DNA of 61,614 bases, the filler included, from Pirum gemmata (lineage: Eukaryota): assembly GCA_002812295.1 (NCBI GenBank). It is 11 parts of 11 records of this genome, joined end to end, with 100 filler letters (N's around TTAATTAATTAA, not from the genome) between each part and the next. Parts side by side here need not be neighbours in the genome. Positions count along the whole stretch, not along the records: positions 23,566 to 28,904 come from PDIN01000572.1; positions 29,005 to 34,333 come from PDIN01000573.1; positions 34,434 to 39,821 come from PDIN01000574.1; 8 more parts are not named here. The stretch is one strand, 5' to 3'. Made by a program: the position numbers and the translations under genes. Below the pieces are notes generated by a model, which worked only from the letters and a program-made list of their open reading frames with translations, searched no databases and was not told where the DNA came from. Below are positions 24,717 through 38,208 of this stretch, one piece after another (positions within the stretch are counted from its first letter, which is position 1; every line of letters begins with the position of its first letter).

Positions 24717-25162
24717 AGCGAATTTATTTATTTATAAATAAATATCCTAGTCTGTTATAAATATAAATATTATAATAAATAGTCTAAAAACGTCCAACTT
24801 TTTGCATTTTACCATAATGTTCAGTTTTCGAATATAAGTAGTGTAATATCACGATAGATATTTAATAAATAGGTTTGAAATTTTGAAACATATATAAAAA
24901 AAAAAGTGGGATTTTAAAATTAATGAACGTTTTTAGAATATTTGCTCCAAACAGAATCCAATGAAGCAAATAACCAAACAAAGAGGCCAGAAAACTGCCA
25001 GAAGGTTGTGCCATACGGGAGCGTTCGAATAATACGTTACGTCAAGGGGTAGGTAAGTAGGTGGTATTTGACCGGAAGTTAACGTCGAGGGGTAGGTAGA
25101 TAGGGGTATTTGAAGCTGTATTTGACCAGAAATTGGCTCCTAGAATATTCATACACCCAGGC

Positions 25163-25400
25163 TAGACTTCTCCATGACAAAATGGTGTTTTTCCTCTCTA
25201 ACTCGATCAAAAATTAATTTTTTGAAGAAAAAAAAAAAGGAGATTGATTCTACCACTATAAATATAAACTTGAACTTTTCAAAACTATTTGTGTATTAAT
25301 AAACTCGAAAAATTAATTTCAAACAGACAAAATCGAGCTTTTCGGGGCAGAAGGCAGAAGCAGAAAGTCGAGTTTTAGGGGCAGAATTTGGAGAAGTCTA
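25163..25400. mobile_element. hAT-like MITE (family E); relatives at ~43324-43626, ~37571-37796 and ~44985-45245
   Basis: TIR TAGACTTCTCCA...TGGAGAAGTCTA; 8-bp flanks ACCCAGGC and ACCCAGAC match at 7/8 positions, as expected for a hAT-type TSD. Confidence 0.8.
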
Positions 25401-25714
25401 ACCCAGACCGAATAGACCAGTCTCAGTAGCTACACTGTGCCTACACACGGACTCCCCATAGGTTCATAGGTTTATTGGAAGTTAAAAAAAAAAAAAGAAA
25501 TTTGCTTTTTTGGAGAACAGAAAAATTATGATAAAATAAAAATAAATTGTGTAGGTATATATAAAAAGGGAAAATAATAAAAAAAAAATTAATAACAAAA
25601 TAACAAAAAAAATAAAACAATAATAATACTATTAAAACAAACTTTTAAAAAATCAAAAATTACAACATAAGATTCATTAATCAATTAAACTAATTAAAAC
25701 AAACAGTAAAAACC

Positions 25715-28690
25715 ATGAGTAGTGATACACAAAACAAAAATTCAAAATTTAATAATGAAAATCCAATTGTTGCAGCGTTAGAGACTTCCAAAATACCCGA
25801 AACACAAGTCGATATGAACATGGTACCCCGAGATCACGAAGGAGGAATTGATTACGATAAAATTTCTCAAGAACAAGCTTTACAACTTTTTGGAGTAGAC
25901 TCTAAGTTAGGATTGTGTACTGCTGAAGTTCAAAAACGTTTACAAGAATACGGGCCTAACGCTTTACCTTCCACTGAAAAAAGCAAATTACTTAAATTTG
26001 TGAGTTTTTTATGGAACCCTTTATCCTGGTGTATGGAAATTGCAGCTATTTTATCTATTATTTTATTGGATTATGTAGATTTTATTTTAATTATAGTTCT
26101 ATTATTACTTAATGCCGGTATTGGATTTTACGAAGAGACCGCAGCAGACAATGCCATTAAGGCCTTAACGGCATCTCTAGCTCCTAAAGCCAAGGTTTTA
26201 AGGGACGGTGAAACACAGACCATTGATGCCATTGATTTAGTACCCGGGGACATTATTCTCATTCGTTTAGGGGATATTATTCCTTCTGATTGCAAAATCT
26301 TAGGAGACGACGAAGTAGAACCATTGCAAATTGACCAAGCTGCCCTTACTGGTGAATCTCTTCCGGTTAAACGTTTTCCTGGGAAAACTGTTTATTCTGG
26401 CTCTACTGTCAAGCAAGGGGAAGCTTTGGCCTTGGTTTACGCCACTGGAGCCGAAACTTTTTTTGGCAAAGCCGCAGCCTTGATTGATGGGACCGAAAGC
26501 ACTGGTCATTTGCAAACTGTGATGACTACCATTGGTGCTGTGTGTATAGTGACTATTTTAGTGTGGGTAGTTATTGAATTAGGAGTTCAATTTGGAGGCA
26601 GAAACCTGACATGTGCTTTGGGGTCTGAAGGAAGTTGTCCAACTTTATCTAACATTCTAGTTATTATCGTTGGTGGTATTCCTATAGCCATGCCTACAGT
26701 ATTATCCGTTACCTTGGCCTTAGGAGCTTTCAATTTAGCTACCCATGGCGCCATCGTCACACGATTAACTGCCATAGAAGAGTTGGCTGGCATGGATATG
26801 TTGTGTTCCGATAAAACTGGTACTTTGACTTTGAACGAATTATCGGTGGACAAACCAAACTTGGAGCCTTGCGGAAGATTTACTCAGTCTGATATTACCT
26901 TGTATGCTGCGTTATCCGCCAAAATTGAAAATGACGAACCAATCGATGTATGCGTACATGATGCGTGTGATGAAAAGGATACCATCTGGCAAGAAAATGA
27001 ATGTCTCAAATATGTTCCATTCAACCCTACTGACAAACGTACTGTAGCTACTATCAAAGTCAAAGCAGATGGACGAGTGTTCCGTTGTGCTAAGGGGGCT
27101 CCACAAGTTGCGCTACAAATGGCGCATAACTACGAGGAAATTCGAGCACAATTTGAAGGTACTATTCTTGAATATGCTAGTCGTGGTTACCGAGCGTTAG
27201 GGGTAGCTTATTCTGAAGGTGCAAATAATGACAAATGGGAATTTGTTGGTTTGATTCCATTATTTGACCCACCTAGACACGATACTAAAGACACTGTAGA
27301 AAAATGCATTGAGTTTGGTATTGGTGTAAAAATGATTACTGGTGATCAACTTCCTATTGGTGTAGAAACTGCTCGTCAATTGGGTATGGGTACTAATTTT
27401 CACACTACTGAAGTTTTAAAAGAAGGTATGAATGGGTCTTTAGTTGGTGGTTCTTTACCATTAAATGAATTGATTGAAACTGCTGACGGTTTTGCTGAAG
27501 TATTTCCTGAACACAAGTATGAGATTGTAAAACGTCTTCAAGACATGGGGCACATTTGTGGTATGACTGGTGACGGAGTGAACGATGCTCCAGCCTTGAA
27601 AAAAGGTGATATTGGCATCGCAGTATCTGATGCTACCGATGCAGCCAGAGCTGCAGCTGACATTGTGTTGACCGAACCCGGTCTTGGTGTAATAGTGGAA
27701 GCTATTATTGGTGCTAGAAAGATTTTCCAAAGAATGAAAAGCTATGCCAAGTACACAGTGGCAATGACCTTTCGTATATGCTTTACTTTTGGCTTGTTGA
27801 CAGTAATCTACGATTGGAACTTTCCTACTATTTTGATTGTATTATTAGCTATTTTTAACGATGGTGCAATGATCTCCCTTTCCAAAGACCGTGTCAAACC
27901 CAGCCCTAATCCAGATGCCTGGTTTTTACACGAAATCTTTACCTTTGGTCTGGTGTATGGTTTGTATTTAACTTTGTCTTCTTGGGTTTTATTCTACGTT
28001 GCTTCTCACACAGATTTTGGGGAACAATTGAATCTTTCTTACAATTTACAATACCCGCAAGCCGACTCTTACTGCACAGCCAAATTATTAAATCAAACGG
28101 AAATGAGTCAATGTGTTGTTGATATTATTTGGGAGCGTCAATCCCGATTACGAGCTCTAATGTATTGTCAAGTATCTATTAGTGGCATTGCGCTTATTTT
28201 TGTAACTAGAACCCGAAACTTTTCGTTTCTGAGTCGTCCAGGTGTTCTTTTGGTGGTGGCCTTTGTAGTATCACAAATTGCCTCTAGTCTAATCGCCGGT
28301 TTTGGTTTCAACGGTTACCCGGCCCCAGTCGGCAGCGTGACATGTTCTTATTGTGAAGGGTTTTCAGGTCAAGGTCCTAACTCTACTGACCCTCGTAGCG
28401 TACGCCAGGCCTCTCTTCTCGGTTGTGGCACGTGGGTTATAGTTGCCTGGATCTGGTCCATAGTATGGTTTATATTATTGGATCCTATTAAATTTGTATT
28501 GACTGCCATCTTTGAAGGAAAGTTAACCAATATTTTTAGCACTAGTCTGATTAGCAAAGATGTAATTAGTAGTAATCAACCTTCTACAGCATTTTCCGCT
28601 AGTCGCGGCAGTGTTGCTGCTGGTAGAGCGAGTGAGATATCTTCTGGACGCCCAAGAGCTTCTCGCGTTGTTAGAGGAAGCGTTTATTAA
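25715..28690 (+). CDS. PMA1: Plasma-membrane H+-ATPase (P-type, P3A), intronless, 991 aa
   Basis: Motifs TGES, GGIPIAMPTVLS, CSDKTGTLT, KGAPQ, DPPRHD, MITGD, MTGDGVNDAPALKK; ~10 TM segments. Confidence 0.96.
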   Translation: MSSDTQNKNSKFNNENPIVAALETSKIPETQVDMNMVPRDHEGGIDYDKISQEQALQLFGVDSKLGLCTAEVQKRLQEYGPNALPSTEKSKLLKFVSFLWNPLSWCMEIAAILSIILLDYVDFILIIVLLLLNAGIGFYEETAADNAIKALTASLAPKAKVLRDGETQTIDAIDLVPGDIILIRLGDIIPSDCKILGDDEVEPLQIDQAALTGESLPVKRFPGKTVYSGSTVKQGEALALVYATGAETFFGKAAALIDGTESTGHLQTVMTTIGAVCIVTILVWVVIELGVQFGGRNLTCALGSEGSCPTLSNILVIIVGGIPIAMPTVLSVTLALGAFNLATHGAIVTRLTAIEELAGMDMLCSDKTGTLTLNELSVDKPNLEPCGRFTQSDITLYAALSAKIENDEPIDVCVHDACDEKDTIWQENECLKYVPFNPTDKRTVATIKVKADGRVFRCAKGAPQVALQMAHNYEEIRAQFEGTILEYASRGYRALGVAYSEGANNDKWEFVGLIPLFDPPRHDTKDTVEKCIEFGIGVKMITGDQLPIGVETARQLGMGTNFHTTEVLKEGMNGSLVGGSLPLNELIETADGFAEVFPEHKYEIVKRLQDMGHICGMTGDGVNDAPALKKGDIGIAVSDATDAARAAADIVLTEPGLGVIVEAIIGARKIFQRMKSYAKYTVAMTFRICFTFGLLTVIYDWNFPTILIVLLAIFNDGAMISLSKDRVKPSPNPDAWFLHEIFTFGLVYGLYLTLSSWVLFYVASHTDFGEQLNLSYNLQYPQADSYCTAKLLNQTEMSQCVVDIIWERQSRLRALMYCQVSISGIALIFVTRTRNFSFLSRPGVLLVVAFVVSQIASSLIAGFGFNGYPAPVGSVTCSYCEGFSGQGPNSTDPRSVRQASLLGCGTWVIVAWIWSIVWFILLDPIKFVLTAIFEGKLTNIFSTSLISKDVISSNQPSTAFSASRGSVAAGRASEISSGRPRASRVVRGSVY

Positions 28691-28862
28691 TTGAAAATAA
28701 AATATTAATACAATTAATCAAACCTATTTATTTTAATAACAATAATATTTTATTATTTATAATGTTATAATTTTTGTTAACTTATTTGTCTTTTTTGTTA
28801 TTTCTCTTGCAACTTATTATTATTATCATATATTATTATTATTATTATTTTATTATTACCAT

Positions 28863-28904
<42 letters not shown>

Positions 28905-31900
28905 NNNNNNNNNNNNNNNNNNNNNNNNNNNNNNNNNNNNNNNNNNNNTTAATTAATTAANNNNNNNNNNNNNNNNNNNNNNNNNNNNNNNNNNNNNNNN
29001 NNNNTTTAAAAAGATTTTTACTGAGAAGATTTTTCTAAAGAAAAGAAGTCTAAAAAAATGATCAGGGTCTACACTCAACAGTTTTATCCCCAGGAGGAGC
29101 TGAGTAAAAAAAAAAAAAAAAAAAAAAAAAAATAAAAAAAAAATAAAAATAAAAAAAACCCCACACAGACACACACAGTCACACACACACATCAAACACA
29201 CGTCAAGCACACTCTCCAAGAAAGCCTCCTTCAAATTCAACACTAATCACTAACTATGAGTCTATGATAGCCAGTTCTACATACTTCTACATCTACTATC
29301 ATTGACTTCTAACTAATTATAAGGATATGATAAGACTATTATTATAGTTAGTTAGCTATATAATATAATATAGTACTAGTACTAGTATGATAGTAGGGGA
29401 GCGAGGAGATAACAATAACAATAACAATAATATTATTGTGCTTTTCATTTATTTTTTCACTCAAAATATTTATTTGGTCGTTTGTAATATATATAATAGA
29501 GATTATGTGTAATTTACATGGTAAAGTATGGTATTTACCATATATTATATTATATATATTATGTATAATTTTAAAATTATCCATTCCTTATTTTACTTAT
29601 GTGCTAGTTATGGAAAAATTTGGGGGAAATGAATAAATTCATACTATTAATACTCTTTGACACTATGTCATTAATGTGCTATGATAGTTATAGAAAAAAT
29701 TGGGGAAAATGAATAAATTCATACTACTCTCTGACACTCTACTATATATAATTATATATAACTGGCAACTGTATTAATACTAACTTTACTTTATCTTTAT
29801 CATACAGACTATCATATATAGAGAGTAGAGTAGCAGCAGTAGTAGCTTTCACCAACATTGATCACCAGCAGTTTTACTAGCCTGTTTTAGCTCGGGGGTC
29901 TACCAGCAGTTTAACGCCAATTTCAGGTCAAATGCAGCTTCAAATACCCCCCTCCCCCCTCCCCTCCCCCCACTTATCTACCTACCCCTCGACGTTAAAA
30001 CTTCCGGCCAAATACCGCCTACCTACCTACCCCTTTGGCGTGACGTATCATTTGAATGCTCCACACTCAGTCCCATCGACAGCCCAACGTCGGCCAGAAG
30101 CCAGTTAGCTAGCCTAACAACGAGGGTCTAAAGAAGACTTAGAAGTTTGTTCTAACTAGAAGCAAGCAATTAATAATAATTGTCACCGTAAATAAATACA
30201 ATATAAATCCATTTGATATAATTATTTTGGTATATTTTATTATCTATGTATTTATTTAAAAACGTCAATTTAAAGATTATAACCCTCCAAATAAATATTT
30301 AGAGTGAGAAAATTAATGAAAAGCACGATATATATTATGTATGTATTCTTGATATATTATATAATATATATTATATATAATACCCAGATGATTATACAAA
30401 AAGTGTATTTCAGTATTTGGTTATGTGGCTGGTACCTCTTCCTAGTAACTTAATAGTGACAAGCAAAAACAACACTTATTATAATATAATATATTAATAA
30501 TGAATAATAAGTTAAATACAAAACCCATATTATATTTTTATGAAAAGGAGCAGATCAGTACTAGTGAAAGTTGGATTTATTTTTGTGAAAAGGAATTGAA
30601 AGTTTGATACAATATATATATTATAAATTATTATTAATTAGTATTTTATTAATTAAAATACTATTTTATATAATTATTATTAATATAATATTATCAATAT
30701 ATATAGCTATCGGTTATTTCATTTCAGTTAGTTGTCCTCCCAGTATTTAATTTGGTACAGTTTAAGTGTATAATTGAACTTATTTATAAAAATATAACAT
30801 TTAAGAGGAGCCTATTTAAAAGTATAAAATACCAAATTAATTAAAACATGTCTGATAGTTTATTAAAACCATAATAATAATAAAGCACGATGTTGCAATA
30901 AATAGTACCAAATTAATAAAATATAACTCCATTTTATTTAATTTGGTATATTTTATTATCCATTTATTCATTTAATAATGTCAATTTAAATATTATAACC
31001 AACCAAATGAATACTCGGAATGACAAAATTAAATGAAAAGCACTATAGGAAGGGTGACACCCCTCCAGGTAGTAAATTAATATTTATTGTGCTTTTCTAT
31101 TTATTTGGTAGGTTATAACCTTTAAATTGATATTTTTAAATGAATAAATAGATAATAAAATATAGCAAATTAAATTAAATGGATGTATGTTGTATTAATT
31201 TGGTAGTCTTTATTGTTGATATTTTTTTCACACAATTGTTGGATTGGAAAAATGTCTGTGAAAAGTTAGCGTTAGAGAAATTCAGCAAGAAGAGATTACA
31301 TTTTTAGCTGTTGGATTCTGCTAGGAGGGATGACATGACGTCATAATACTAATACCAACCTAGGGTACGGCAAAAATTGAAAATTTGACTTAAATTACTA
31401 TAAAAAGTTAACTTATAACTATTAATAGTAATACTNNNNNNNNNNNNNNNNNNNNNNNNNNNNNNNNNNNNNNNNNNNNNNNNNNNNNNNNNNNNNNNNN
31501 NNNNNNNNNNNNNNNNNNNNNNNNNNNNNNNNNNNNNNNNNNNNNNNNNNNNNNNNNNNNNNNNNNNTTTTTTGTTTTTTTTTTTTAAACAGCAAAACCG
31601 GATGAATTTTAAATTTATTTTTTTTTTTTTTTTTTTTTAGACTTCTTTTCTAAAAAAGTTCAATATTAACTAGCCAAATTATTTTTAAAAACTAGCCATT
31701 GGTTTATAATAGTATTTTTTAGTTAAATAATTTTTCAAAATTTGGTAGTACTTTTATTGAAATTGGAAGATTTTGAGATTTTTGGATATTTGGGCTCATA
31801 TTATACTGATCATATAAATTTATCCGGCCTGGTTTAATAATCATTCTGTGTTGTTTTGTATTGGGATCATGTTTTGTAGNCTGCTATTATTAGTAAAGAA

Positions 31901-31975
31901 CACGGAACTAAGGTTGGCTCGATAAGCATCTGTTCGAAAAAAGTTTCAGTACATATCTCACCCCTACTGTTATTA

Positions 31976-32154
31976 TCGTGCTTTTTATTTTTGTCAATCC
32001 GTACTTATTTGGAGGGTTATAAAATTTAAATCGACACTTTTAAATAAATAAATAAATAATAAAAGATACCAAATTAAATAAAATGGTTCATATTGTATTA
32101 ATTTGGTATTATTTATTGCATATTTTATGATGACAAAACAATTGAAAAGCACTA
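31976..32154 (-). mobile_element. MITE family A copy
   Basis: TA|TCGTGCTTTT...TGAAAAGCACTA|TA. Confidence 0.85.
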
Positions 32155-33484
32155 TACTCTAGCTAGGCTGCTACTAGCTAGCTAGCTAGAGGGAGTAGAA
32201 AGGTCTAAACAAAACTAACAATAAAAAAATCCAAGAAAAAAATCTGAAAAATAAAATAGAAACTATTATTAGGTCCTATTTAAAAATATTGGATACAATT
32301 TGGGTAATTTGCTAATATTAAATATAAATTTGTAATGATAAAAGACACCTAATTAGTAATTTTAAAATACCAAATTGAAATCGAAAGGACACAAAAAAGG
32401 AAATTGGAGTGCATTAAATTTTTATATAAATGAAAAGCATGATTACAGTTAGATACAAAGTTTGATCTTGTGAAGTTCAAGTTCAAGTTCTTGTGAAAGT
32501 TCAAAGTTGTGATAGTCTAGCTATCGATAGATTGTAGCGTGTAGACTAGCTATGATAGTATGATAGTAGCCTACCTACTACTAGCTACTACTAGCTAGCT
32601 AGGAGTATCAATAGTAAGTAGCAAATGTACATATGATTTATAATAATATTTATTTTGTCACTCCGAATTATTTATTTGGTTGGTTATAGTATTTAAGCTG
32701 ACATTATATATAGATAATAAAATATACCAAATTAAATGAAATGGATGTATATTATATTAATTTGGTACTGTTTATTGTATACTTTATGATGACAAAACAT
32801 ATAAATTATGTGGACACCAGAACCTGGCTCTAGTAGTAGCAAGTAATGTTTTTCTTGTTTTTTTTTTAATTTTTTTTTAACACACCTTTTGTTAGACTTT
32901 TGTTCTAGACTTTATCACTTTTTGACTTTTTGAACAACATCAGATCATACATAGTCTAAAATGTCTAAATTGATAGTATTGATAAATTGATTGATGTCAT
33001 TGTGGTATTTTGTTTAAAATAAATATCTGATACTGTAGGGCTAGCTATTACTCCATACTAGTGCTATACTAGTGAGTAGTGTTTATCTTCTCTTTTTCGA
33101 CAATTGGTTAATGTGTATGTAGGTAATAGGTATTTGCCAACAGCTAATTTTCAAAGCTTCATCAACACTCAAATTATCGATAAAAATTAAAATTAGTAAA
33201 TTTAATATTACAGTTTACATAATTACATTACCTTTTCAAAACTTTTTCAACAAGGGGGGGTTTTTTTTTTGGACTGAACAACCAACCCACTCTAAAATTT
33301 GCTAATTATTTGTGAAATCACGAGATAGATTGACTTTTTTTATTATTAAAAAGCCTATTTTGCTTTTTGCCTTATTTGTAAATTTTGAGGAATTACTAAT
33401 TAGCTGGACATATGGTAGTAACAGCTGTAGTAACTCTAGTAACTATCATAGCTATCATAGCTGGTAGTACCAGTAGACAATTTA

Positions 33485-33621
33485 GGGAACGTTTTTAAAA
33501 TAATACGTCATGTCAAGGGGTAGGTAAGTAGGTGGTATTTGACCAGAAATTATCGTCGAGGGATAGGTAGATAGGGGTATTTGAAGCTATATTTGATTGG
33601 AAATTGGCGCTGAACGCTCCC
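33485..33621. mobile_element. Short Harbinger/Tourist-like MITE (family B2); copies at ~15639-15750, ~25017-25140, ~29912-30062, ~35475-35580
   Basis: TTA|GGGAACGTT...TGAACGCTCCC|TTA (3-bp TTA TSD); internal GGGGTAGGTA and GTATTTGACC repeats shared by all copies. Confidence 0.82.
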
Positions 33622-33723
33622 TTACTTAATTAACAGTTATCACCCTAGAGTTATCACCGTATGTAAAAAGCGCACTAAAAAAACAGTCGCTCCGAGCTTC
33701 AATATTTACGATGTATTATATTA

Positions 33724-33908
33724 TCGTGATTTTCAGTTATTTTGTCATCATAAAATATGCAATAAAGAGTACCAAATTAATACAATATAAATCCATTTCA
33801 TTTAATTTGGTATATTTTATTATATATTTATTTATTTAAAAGTATCAATTTAAATATTATAACCAACCCAATAAATATTTGGAGTGAGAAAATAAATGAA
33901 AAGCACAA
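33724..33908 (+). mobile_element. Full-length MITE family A copy (185 bp)
   Basis: TA|TCGTGATTTTCAG...TGAAAAGCACAA|TA. Confidence 0.9.
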
Positions 33909-35694
33909 TAAAAGATGAAAGTTGTAAAATTATTAGACTACTGTGATAAAATTATGTATAAAACAAATTATAGGATATCAACTATCTGATACTACTACTG
34001 CTATATCTATCAAACAGGGATATGACCCTGGATATCAAATAAAATTATCAATAATTCCTCAATAATTCAGTATAGAATCTATAGATCAATAGAACCAGAA
34101 ATTTCTTTTGATATGTAAATTGTAATATCCAATTAATATTCAATATGGGACCACTTTCTCACGATAATATTGATCATTGGTTAGGGCTGACCATAACGGC
34201 ATTCTCTCATTTAGAAGTTCAGCCCAATGCAAATCCAATACAGTACAAGAATATACAACACAACATCAAAAATCCAAAAAAAGTAATTTTTTGTGGAAAA
34301 AAAAATGAAAAGAAAAAGTCATCTCGTCAGTAANNNNNNNNNNNNNNNNNNNNNNNNNNNNNNNNNNNNNNNNNNNNTTAATTAATTAANNNNNNNNNNN
34401 NNNNNNNNNNNNNNNNNNNNNNNNNNNNNNNNNAAGTTGATTATCTCTAGTTGATTATCTTTTTTAATAAAAATGGGAAATGATGCAAATCAAATCAACA
34501 AAAAAGAAAACAAAAAAAAAAGATAAAGATTAAAAAAAAATTATACTAATTAACAAGTTTCAAGATTAAATAAAAAATTACATTATAATTATTTAGTCTA
34601 ATAATATATAATATAGCTTATATATCGATAGTCCAGCTGACACACTGCAAAGTGACACTTGTCAAAACCAAAGCCAAAACCGAACTATATAACCAAAACC
34701 AAAACCATAACCATAACCATAACCATTTATAATTATAAAGTTTTAGCCATAACCATTTACATAACCATAATCTGTTAAACAAAGCCGCCATGCTATATAA
34801 TATATTATAACCATTATATTACCATATTATTGTGACCATGACCATAACCATATCGATGCTTACACACAATATATAAAATTATGCATGCTTATGTATACGT
34901 AATTTAATAATACTATGTCATATTGTTTACAAATGATATCCAATAATTCTATGCATTATTAATTACTGATGGGTTTGGTAGTGATATTAAATGTATGTAA
35001 ACTTGGAAAGTTTGTAAACTATGTATACGTAATTGACTGTAATTGATTACTATTTAGTCACTTCTTTAATTATTTTGATACTTTTTATTTTCTTCTATTA
35101 TAAATTAATTAACATCTTCAAGACTTCAACTCGATAATCAACTCGATACCATTTTATTATTTTTTAAAAAAAAATATTATTATTATCAATATTATTATTA
35201 TCAATATTATTATTATTATTTAAAAACAGCCAAACGGGATAAAACTGTAGAAATCTTTTTTTTAGACCAGACCAGAATTTAAACACTCAGAGAAAACACT
35301 AACACTAATAAAGAAATAATTATTTTTGTCTTCTACTCTAGCTAGTCCTCTAGCTACTAGCTACAGAAGCTAGCTAGCTAGACTAGCTAGTAGTCAATCC
35401 GATTAGCACCCAGCTAGCTAGCTAGGGCCCTCTAGAGCTAGCTAGTAGCTAGCTAGAGCTGCTTTGGTTTCGATGCGTCACGTCCAGGGGTAGGTAGGCA
35501 GGTGGTATTTGACCGGAAATTAACGTCGATGGGGTAGGTAGGAAGGGGGTATTTGAAGCTGTATTTTGACTGGAGGCGTCGTTTTTATATTACTGGTATT
35601 ATTACATGACATAGAGCAAGGACTTCAAATCCTTGCATAGAGTCAATTATAAAAATTACTATTTTTCAGTTATTTTTCGATTATCTTGGATCTT

Positions 35695-36360
35695 GATAAC
35701 CATTATTGAATCATACTGATCATTGCAAAAATAATTACAGTATATAAATAATATAATTATGATAATATTATTTTTTTGACAAACCTTCATTGACTATAAA
35801 CAGTAGTCTGTATGTATTTAATTTAATCATCAATCACACTTCACGTATTATTTATAATATCATATCGATATATTATTATTATATGTATGAATAATAATAT
35901 GTATGATGTATAAAATAATTTTTTAAAATATGATATATATCTCTAAAGATCTAGTGAAAACCATACTGATCATTGCAAAAATCATTACAGTGTATAAATA
36001 ATATATGATAATATTATTTTTTTGACAAGCCTTCATTGACTATAAACAGTAGTACAGTAGTTTGTATGTATTTATTCTATAATCATCAATCACACTTCAT
36101 ATATTATTTATAATATCATATCGATAATTATATTATATGTATATATATGATACATGAATAATAATATGTATGATGTTTATCTCTAGAGATCTGGTGATAA
36201 CCATACTGATCATTGCAAAAATAATTACAGTATATAAATATTATTAATAATATTATGAATATTATTTTTTTGACAAACCTTCATTAACTATATAAACTTT
36301 AATTTATAATCATCAATCACACTTCATATATTATTTATAATATCATATATCATATTATAC
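35695..36360. repeat. Three tandem ~170-260-bp duplications
   Basis: CATACTGATCATTGCAAAAAT.ATTACAG...CATCAATCACACTTCA repeated at ~35712, ~35962 and ~36202. Confidence 0.85.
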
Positions 36361-36361
36361 A

Positions 36362-36548
36362 TCGTGCTTTTCAGTTGTTTTGTCATCATAAAATATAATA
36401 CATTAAAGAGTACCAAAGTAGTGCAATATAAATCCATTTAATTTAATTTGGTATATTTTATTATCTATTTATTCATTTAAAACGTAAAATTAAATATTAT
36501 AACCAACCAAATAAATATTCAGAGTGACAAAATAAATGAAAAGCACAA
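36362..36548 (+). mobile_element. MITE family A copy
   Basis: TCGTGCTTTTCAGTTG...AAATGAAAAGCACAA. Confidence 0.85.
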
Positions 36549-38129
36549 AACGTGAATAATAATACAATGTCATGTATAATAATGTATAAAATAATTTTTT
36601 AAAATATGATATATATTAGCTACGCGTCCTTTTTACTACTAGCTAGCTAGCTAGCAGAGCTTTTTTTTGTTTTTGATTTTGTAAACCATATATATATTAT
36701 CTCGATATTTTTGTATGATATTATTAAAAATGGCAACACACGTTTGGTAGATTATGTTTGGTAGTGTTTGGTAGTCAGTTTGATTACTGTTTGATTCCAC
36801 CCATATGTCCGAGGTCTGTCTGACGATTCAGAAAGCTATTCAGACCTGCAGATGTAGGCTAAATATATTATATATATACATCATAACTAATTATTAGTTA
36901 ATACATCATTATAATGATGTATTATATGCATAGAATATTATTTATAAATTGTATATATGATATGTATATGATATTTATATTATAAAAATGTAATATCGAT
37001 TTGTAATAGTGTATCAAATTATCAATTTACAATTTTACAATGATTTATAGATATTGTCCAATAAAAAATCAAAAATCAAGTTTTTTTATTATTTTATATA
37101 TATATAACTGACTAATGATATGGGTTGACTTTAGTGGGTTTACTTTTTCATTATCCAATAATGCTTTTTAAAAAAAAGATACTTTTGCGATATGATACGA
37201 AAAAAAACAAAAAGCAAACAAAAAAATCTGGCAAAAAAATATTCAGAATACTTTCAGAATTTATATTATTATTACAGTATTATTACTATTTTTTTTTTTT
37301 TTTTTTTTTTTTCGAAATGAACGAAATGAAATGGCTAGACCGAAATGGATGAAAGAAAGAACCTTGACGAATCATGATTCATGAATGTATAGAATTTATT
37401 TTGTCACTGCGAATATTTATTTGGTTGGTTATAAATTTTTAATTGACATAATTAAAATATACCAAATAGATTTATATTGTCTTAATTTGGTACTCTTTAT
37501 TGTATATTTTATGATGACAAAACTAGGTGATGACAAAACAACTGAAATAGACCTAGACCTACCTATATATTATATCTCCTCCCAATTCTGCTCTGTTTAA
37601 AAATCGATATTTCGAGTCTCTATATTAATTAATAAGTTTGAAATTTTCAAGCTTAGGATTAAGTATTTAAATATATTTATTTATTAATAAACTCGAAAAA
37701 TAGGAAAAAAAAAAAAATCGAACGGAGCTGAATTTTGGCTTTTTTTGACAACAGAAATTCGAGTTTTCGGGTTTGAGCAGAATTGTGAGAGGCCTACCTA
37801 ATACCTATATACTACATATCATATATGATAATCTATATAATATATATTTGGCAAAGTGATAACCTTTAATAGCTCATACAAAATTTATAGGTGTGTTTTT
37901 ATCTAAAAAAAGAGCTATTTGCCAAATATGTAGTTGCTTAAAAATAGTAACATTTTACAAATACGGCCATTAAGTAATAATACAGGTTTATATAATGTTC
38001 AAAGATTGATATAGTTTGACTTCTGGTGGAAATACCTAGGTGGAAATACCATTATTATATTACAATTGTTATCTATTAAACCCTATTATTATTATCATAT
38101 TATTATCGTTACTTATATATGTTAGTATT

Positions 38130-38208
38130 CGCGCCCAACAGGATTTGAATTGTGCGTGCAAAGTACAAATGATTCTCCTTAATTAATTAACCACTCGGAC
38201 TGTGAGTA
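38130..38208 (-). pseudogene. tRNA-Ser-derived pseudogene (anticodon loop deleted)
   Basis: Minus strand reads ..GTCCGAGTGGTTAA(TTAATTAA)GGAGAATCATTTGTACTTTGCACGCACAATTCAAATCCTGTTGGGCGCG. It shows a type-II D-loop, a long variable arm and a degenerate T-loop. Confidence 0.65.
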
